A model generated the notes under the pieces. The model was not told the DNA's origin. It saw nothing but the letters and a program-made list of their open reading frames with translations, and ran no database searches. Shown in pieces: positions 59,393 to 64,000 of a stretch of DNA of 64,000 nucleotides (positions within the stretch are counted from its first letter, which is position 1; each line of letters starts with the position of its first letter). The translations under genes were made by a program, and so were the position numbers. Location: contig JAABRR010000006.1 in NCBI GenBank assembly GCA_011390785.1, positions 95,493 to 159,492 of the forward strand. Reading direction: 5' to 3'. The stretch comes from Sphingobacteriia bacterium (GTDB taxonomy: Bacteria; Bacteroidota; Bacteroidia; Bacteroidales; UBA7960).

Positions 59393-60730
59393 ATGAATTT
59401 GGATAAGATAATGGCCGATCTGGAAAAGAAAAATCCTGGTCAACCTGAATTCCTTCAGGCAGTAAAAGAAGTTCTCGAAACCATTGAAGATGTGGTAAAA
59501 GAAAACCCACGCTACGAGGCTGCAAACATTATTGAAAGAATCATTGAACCCGACAGGGTTATTAAGTTTAAAGTACAATGGATGGACGACAAAGGCCAGG
59601 TGCAGGTAAACCGTGGCTATCGTGTTCAGTTTAACAACGCTATTGGCCCTTACAAGGGTGGACTAAGGTTTCACCCCAGTGTAACAGAGGGTGGCCTTAA
59701 GTTTTTGGGCTTTGAACAGATTTTCAAAAACAGCCTTACAACACTGCCCATGGGCGGCGCAAAAGGAGGAAGCGATTTCGACCCCAAAGGAAAATCGAAT
59801 GCCGAGATCATGCGTTTCTGCCAGGCTTTTATGTCTGAACTATACAAATACATAGGCCCCGATAAAGATATTCCTGCAGGCGATATTGGTGTAGGAGGAC
59901 GCGAAATTGGCTATCTGTTTGGTATGTACAAAAAACTTGTTGGCGAGCACCATGGTGTGCTTACCGGAAAAGGTCGCGGTTGGGGCGGTAGCCTTATCCG
60001 CCCGGAAGCTACAGGATTTGGTAATGTTTTCTTTGCCGAAGAAATGCTTAAAACCCGCGGTGAAACCCTGGAAGGAAAAATCATTGCCGTTTCAGGTTTC
60101 GGTAATGTTTCATGGGGTTCAATCATTAAAGCCACACAACTGGGTGCAAAGGTTGTGACCATCAGCGGACCCGATGGTTATGTTTATGATCCTGATGGAA
60201 TTTCAGGAGAGAAAATAGACTACCTGCTCGAATTACGCGCATCAAACCAGGATATCGTAAAACCTTATACTTTTGAATTCCCCACAGCACAATTCTTTGA
60301 AGGAAAACGCCCATGGGAAGTGAAATGCGATGTAGCTCTTCCATGTGCCATTCAAAATGAGCTGAACGCAGAAGATGCACAAAAACTTGTTGACAATGGT
60401 GTAATATGTATTTCTGAAGGTGCCAATATGCCTTGTACCCCCGAAGCCATGGAAATTTTCCTGAATAATAAAGTGCTCTATGCCCCGGGAAAAGCATCTA
60501 ATGCAGGCGGTGTTGCTACTTCAGGACTGGAGCAAACACAAAATGCGATGAAACTTAACTGGATCGCCCCCGAAGTAGAAGAAAAACTTCACCAGATCAT
60601 GGTCAATATTCATGATGCTTGTGTTAAATACGGAAAAGATGGAGATGGCTATGTTAATTACGTAAAAGGAGCCAACGTAGCTGGCTTTATCAAAGTAGCC
60701 GATGCTATGATAGAGCAGGGAGTTGTATAA
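59393..60730 (+). CDS. gdhA: Hexameric glutamate dehydrogenase, second paralogue with NAD-type (Clostridium symbiosum-like, gdhB-like) fingerprint
   Basis: 445-aa ORF with GGLRFHP and [16 protein letters not shown]. The fingerprint VSGFGNVSWGSIIK...VTISGPDGYVYDPDG resembles the NAD-specific C. symbiosum GDH pattern (GFGNVAWG...SGPDGYIYDPEG). Identity to the first paralogue is roughly 55-65 percent by eye. Confidence 0.9.
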   Translation: MNLDKIMADLEKKNPGQPEFLQAVKEVLETIEDVVKENPRYEAANIIERIIEPDRVIKFKVQWMDDKGQVQVNRGYRVQFNNAIGPYKGGLRFHPSVTEGGLKFLGFEQIFKNSLTTLPMGGAKGGSDFDPKGKSNAEIMRFCQAFMSELYKYIGPDKDIPAGDIGVGGREIGYLFGMYKKLVGEHHGVLTGKGRGWGGSLIRPEATGFGNVFFAEEMLKTRGETLEGKIIAVSGFGNVSWGSIIKATQLGAKVVTISGPDGYVYDPDGISGEKIDYLLELRASNQDIVKPYTFEFPTAQFFEGKRPWEVKCDVALPCAIQNELNAEDAQKLVDNGVICISEGANMPCTPEAMEIFLNNKVLYAPGKASNAGGVATSGLEQTQNAMKLNWIAPEVEEKLHQIMVNIHDACVKYGKDGDGYVNYVKGANVAGFIKVADAMIEQGVV

Positions 60731-60755
60731 ATCCGGAGTACTCTGAGATGATCTC

Positions 60756-60794
60756 AAAAAAAGCTGTCCCGACGATATTGGGGCAGCTTTTTTT
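60756..60794 (+). terminator. Rho-independent terminator after the second gdh gene
   Basis: The stem is AAGCTGTCCC (60761-60770) / GGGGCAGCTT (60780-60789, one G-U pair) with a 9-nt loop. It is extended by an A-run upstream and followed by a T-run. Confidence 0.8.
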
Positions 60795-60911
60795 GATAAG
60801 ATTAATTGCTTGGTGAGATGATGAACCGAGCCATGACAATAATATTGACACACACAGCTTGTCTCGTAAAAAACGAGACGGATGATTATAATTCGCAGCA
60901 AGGTATAACAT

Positions 60912-61024
60912 GCAGTCAGAGTATTGTTGGCGATTTATCCCGTTTTTCGCGGGAGCTGCATCTGACCAAATTATTCAAATTATAAGCAGATGAAAATGTT
61001 GACCAGGGCTAACAATACTTCTGC
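60912..61024. repeat. Long-range imperfect inverted repeat enclosing two small hairpins (candidate structured RNA or DNA-level element)
   Basis: GCAGtcaGAGTATTGTTGGC (60912-60931) pairs with GCTAACAATACTTCTGC (61008-61024): 13 bp including two G-U pairs, a 3-nt bulge, then 4 bp. Inside are hairpins TCCCG/CGGGA (60938-60954) and CATCTG/CAGATG (60959-60964 with 60987-60992). Confidence 0.5.
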
Positions 61025-61032
61025 ATAATGAT

Positions 61033-61083
61033 TACCTTTGCTATCTAAGCAAATTTGTAAAAGTAAATTATAGAAATTTGCTT
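61033..61083 (+). promoter_or_regulatory. Candidate -7 promoter box TAccTTTG followed by a perfect 10-bp-arm palindrome (operator-like) upstream of the PEPCK-like gene
   Basis: TACCTTTG at 61033-61040 matches TAnnTTTG. AAGCAAATTT (61047-61056) and AAATTTGCTT (61074-61083) are exact reverse complements separated by 17 bp. The palindrome begins where transcription would start. Confidence 0.3.
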
Positions 61084-61255
61084 CATCACTAATCCTTGGG
61101 TTACAATGGTTTGGACAAGCCCCGGATTTTTAACATGCTATCAAACCCGATGTTAAGCACCAGGTAAGACTTCTAAAGTCTTATTTTACCCTGAAAATTA
61201 TTCATTAACACCGGAAGCATATCTATGCATTTTTATTAACTTAAATTTTATACAG

Positions 61256-64000
61256 ATGAACTACCACTCTTCTGAACCCATCAATTACCGCCCCCGCCGC
61301 GATGTAATCCGTTACATTAACATGAAACTGGCTTCTATGGGGCAACCTATTTTTGAAGGAAATATTCAGGAACAGTCAGATGGAATGACCGAACAGGAAT
61401 TTGTAAACCTTGCCGAGAGCCTGCTGGAGAACTATAAGGAAAAAATGCGCCTTCTTTCTGAAGATGTTATTAATCCGGTTGACCGACGTATTCAAAATTT
61501 CCTGGATAACTACCTTAAGGATCTGAATTTTGAAAAATCTATCCGCCTGCCTTTCGACTCCTTTGTATTGGATAAGCCTGGTATTGGACGCGAAGTAAGC
61601 CTGCCACCCGACAGCGATCGCTACAGTACTTCACACTTTGAATCGTTCCGCATCCAGCAGGGTATTTTGCATAATCCTGCCAGCGACCGACGCACAACCA
61701 AAGGTTCTTTCCATATTGTTGATGGTGGCCTGCCCGTACCCGACGATAAAAAATGTGTGCCAAAAATTACCTTTGCCAATTTGTTGCACGAGGCTTTTAA
61801 CCCACCCGACGATTTCATGGTGCTCCCCTTTACCGCTACCATGAAAAAACAGGCAAAAGTATTCGTTTCACTTCTTCTAAGGCCCACTGTAAGCCCCGAA
61901 ATCCCGGGACTATCAGAGAAGAAAAGCATTGAGGTGCGCTTTTTTGCTCCGGGAGCTTTTGTGAGTAACCTTGATTTTGTAGAAACCATTTTTGGTAATG
62001 CCGGCGATCCCTACCTCTATAAAAACGATGCTGCCCTCGATCCGGAGCATTGGACAGGCCATACCGGTACCATCATTCTGGCACCCCATCTTACCAAAAT
62101 ACGTAAAAAAGATGTTGGACTTCCGCACTGGGACCAGGCCACCGAACGCCAACGACACGATGAAATGTGCTGGAAAGATGAATCAGAACTCTATAATGAT
62201 GGCGTTGCTTTTAAACTAACATGCCGCGATGATTCAGGTGTTGTAGTTACCCTGATTGCCGATAACTATTTCGGTTACAGTAAAAAAGAGATTAAAACAC
62301 AGCTGTCATATGCAGCAAACCTCTATGGAAATATTGAAGAAGAACATGCAGGTGGTGCCCTGGCCTTCTCACGCAGAAATATGGGGAGCCATTTTTCTGC
62401 AGAAAGTCTGGCCAAACGTTTCCCCAACGCCTATACATTTGAAGAGATAAAAGAGCACTATGCTGATATGATGGATATTTATCCGGAAAATTACGGGATA
62501 GATAAAAACCACAAAGAAGTAGTTTACATACCTGAAAATGCTGAGATAGATCTCTACAAAAGCAGGATTTACTGGAATTACAAAGGCAAAGAAAGTCAGA
62601 TCAAATTACTTAAGAATCACAACTACGTTTTGCCCTGTGGGTTTAAGGTGCATATGGAAAAGCATCCGTTTACCCACGATTGGCGACTGGTGGTAACTCA
62701 GGCCGAAGGCAGCTTTCTGCACAAACCAAGCACCGTTTCAGGTGGAGGTAAATCAGAAATATCAAAATCACTGCTCAACGCCATCATTTATGGGCAATTC
62801 TATATTGATGATATTGAAAAAGATTTTGCCCTTGCCCAGGAATTGATCGATTTTGATTTTAGCAGCCGGTGGATCGATCCTTCCACCCAAAAAGAAGATA
62901 AGAGGAAACTTCTGGATCCGGACCGTACCCTTGGTTCAGTAATAAAATTACTTACCCCCTACCGTGGATACAGTGTTTCCTTCAACCGCTATTTAAAAGG
63001 TATTCCTGATTATGTAAAAGCACTGGTACTGCTGGTGAAAAGAATCAGCCTTATTGATGGTAATTATAACAAAGACTGGCGCGAATACTTTACCGTTGAC
63101 AAGGTTAACGGTCGTAAAGGGCACGCATTACTGTTTGATAACCGAAAGTTAAGCATGTCATACCTGCGGGTTGGTTTTGGCGAGAATGATTCATGGAATG
63201 TGTATTCACTCCGTCCTGATTTTATTGCTGCCGCCAAAGTTCAGATGGAAGATGATATTTCGGCAACCCTTACCGTACCAGCAAATCAGGTAAGCTACCT
63301 GCGGCCAGGATCATATAGAGAAAGCGTTAAATTTGCACAGAATTGTGAATATCACTTTTTCCAGCGGCCCGATGAAGCCATTAACCGTGGCTACGATAAG
63401 CAAGCTGAATTTGATCTTTCTCAGATGAACACCTTTACCACCAACTACCAGCCCCTAACGGCAAATGATGGTAAGGAGATCATTGAAGAAGCCATTGAAT
63501 TTGACAAATATACCCCTCCTATCAAGGAGTTGATTATTAAAGGAGCCGATAATAAGAGAGGTGCCTATTTTATATCACCATCGCATCCGCGCAGACTTGA
63601 TGATGGCTCCATTTCCGAAAATCCAAGGTATTTGCAGGCGCGCCCCGAATTCAGCAATCCAGTAGATAAATACCTGGCTCATACAGGAATTCGGTTTGCC
63701 CGTAAAATCCCCATGGATAAACCTACCCTTTTCCCGGTTAATGATGTATTGCCTGGCCGCAGAAACAATCGGTCAAACAAAGAGAAGGGCATCCGGCCAT
63801 TAAGTGTTTATGCACCCATTCATTACCAGGATTTGCCAGAGTTGTTCATGGATTTTGTGTGCAGTCTTACCGGAAAATCCCCTTCCACTACAGGTGCAGG
63901 ATCAGAAGGGGCTCTCACCAAAGGGCCTTTCAACATGCTTATCCCAACCACCGATCTCAACAACGCTCTTATAGCTTATATTCTTACAGGTTATAGTGCC
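61256..64000 (+). CDS. Large PEPCK-fold protein, candidate PPi-dependent phosphoenolpyruvate carboxykinase; C-terminus runs off the right window edge (absent from ORF track)
   Basis: Manual translation from the ATG at 61256 gives 915 codons with no stop up to 64000 (MNYHSSEPINYRPRRDVIRYINMKLASMGQPIF...). PEPCK-like motifs occur in canonical order: NYFGYSKKEIK (cf. YGGEMKKG of ATP-PEPCK), EEEHAGGA, and the P-loop-like STVSGGGKSEISKS (62741-62755). A size above 915 aa fits only the giant PPi-type PEPCK family. The CDS itself is secure; the product call is tentative. Confidence 0.5.
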   Translation, partial: MNYHSSEPINYRPRRDVIRYINMKLASMGQPIFEGNIQEQSDGMTEQEFVNLAESLLENYKEKMRLLSEDVINPVDRRIQNFLDNYLKDLNFEKSIRLPFDSFVLDKPGIGREVSLPPDSDRYSTSHFESFRIQQGILHNPASDRRTTKGSFHIVDGGLPVPDDKKCVPKITFANLLHEAFNPPDDFMVLPFTATMKKQAKVFVSLLLRPTVSPEIPGLSEKKSIEVRFFAPGAFVSNLDFVETIFGNAGDPYLYKNDAALDPEHWTGHTGTIILAPHLTKIRKKDVGLPHWDQATERQRHDEMCWKDESELYNDGVAFKLTCRDDSGVVVTLIADNYFGYSKKEIKTQLSYAANLYGNIEEEHAGGALAFSRRNMGSHFSAESLAKRFPNAYTFEEIKEHYADMMDIYPENYGIDKNHKEVVYIPENAEIDLYKSRIYWNYKGKESQIKLLKNHNYVLPCGFKVHMEKHPFTHDWRLVVTQAEGSFLHKPSTVSGGGKSEISKSLLNAIIYGQFYIDDIEKDFALAQELIDFDFSSRWIDPSTQKEDKRKLLDPDRTLGSVIKLLTPYRGYSVSFNRYLKGIPDYVKALVLLVKRISLIDGNYNKDWREYFTVDKVNGRKGHALLFDNRKLSMSYLRVGFGENDSWNVYSLRPDFIAAAKVQMEDDISATLTVPANQVSYLRPGSYRESVKFAQNCEYHFFQRPDEAINRGYDKQAEFDLSQMNTFTTNYQPLTANDGKEIIEEAIEFDKYTPPIKELIIKGADNKRGAYFISPSHPRRLDDGSISENPRYLQARPEFSNPVDKYLAHTGIRFARKIPMDKPTLFPVNDVLPGRRNNRSNKEKGIRPLSVYAPIHYQDLPELFMDFVCSLTGKSPSTTGAGSEGALTKGPFNMLIPTTDLNNALIAYILTGYSA

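Noticed and set aside
60818-60985. 55-aa plus-strand ORF (MMNRAMTIILTHTACLVKNETDDY...) in the 525-bp gap, below the track threshold. Minus-strand ORFs at 60521-60901 and 60705-60911 were also considered.
   Set aside because: The composition is not protein-like, and the ORF spans the hairpin and inverted-repeat elements. The minus-strand ORFs overlap the gdh 3-prime end and its terminator. The region is better treated as non-coding pending expression data.

Overview
This is a gene-dense, moderately AT-rich chromosomal segment with clear Bacteroidota hallmarks: two SusC/SusD pairs, T9SS C-terminal sorting domains, a TamB plus lipoprotein-Omp85 (TamL-type) pair, and TAnnTTTG-like promoter boxes. 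(i) 1-21.3 kb is a minus-strand polysaccharide-utilisation-type locus. It holds an NrtR-like Nudix regulator, a 456-bp very AT-rich control region, two successive fasciclin(FAS1)-SusC-SusD modules and a non-catalytic multi-CBM T9SS protein. An opposite-strand SGNH/TPR protein and a GH5-CBM6 cellulase follow; the cellulase runs off the left edge and is absent from the ORF track. (ii) 22-50.8 kb carries housekeeping genes: hemW, DEAD-box helicase, O-methyltransferase, M16 peptidase, def, ruvX, ftsK, LolA-like, a second T9SS GH5, LysM-PBP protein, guaA, yggS, SLC13/RCK_C transporter, tamB-tamL, LOG, M15B peptidase and AI-2E permease. (iii) 50.9-64 kb is the most unusual part. Two glutamate dehydrogenase paralogues, one with an NADP-type and one with an NAD-type fingerprint, bracket a tandem pair of large paralogous proteins. 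Each of these fuses a pseudo-receiver, a canonical receiver and a PPDK_N-type ATP-grasp domain to a short His-bearing C-terminal module, with no PEP/pyruvate TIM barrel. A 525-bp structured non-coding region follows, then a PEPCK-like (candidate PPi-type) gene of more than 915 aa that runs off the right edge and is also absent from the ORF track. No rRNA, tRNA, CRISPR array, transposase or integrase was recognised. All functional calls rest on motif recognition by eye; no database search was possible.
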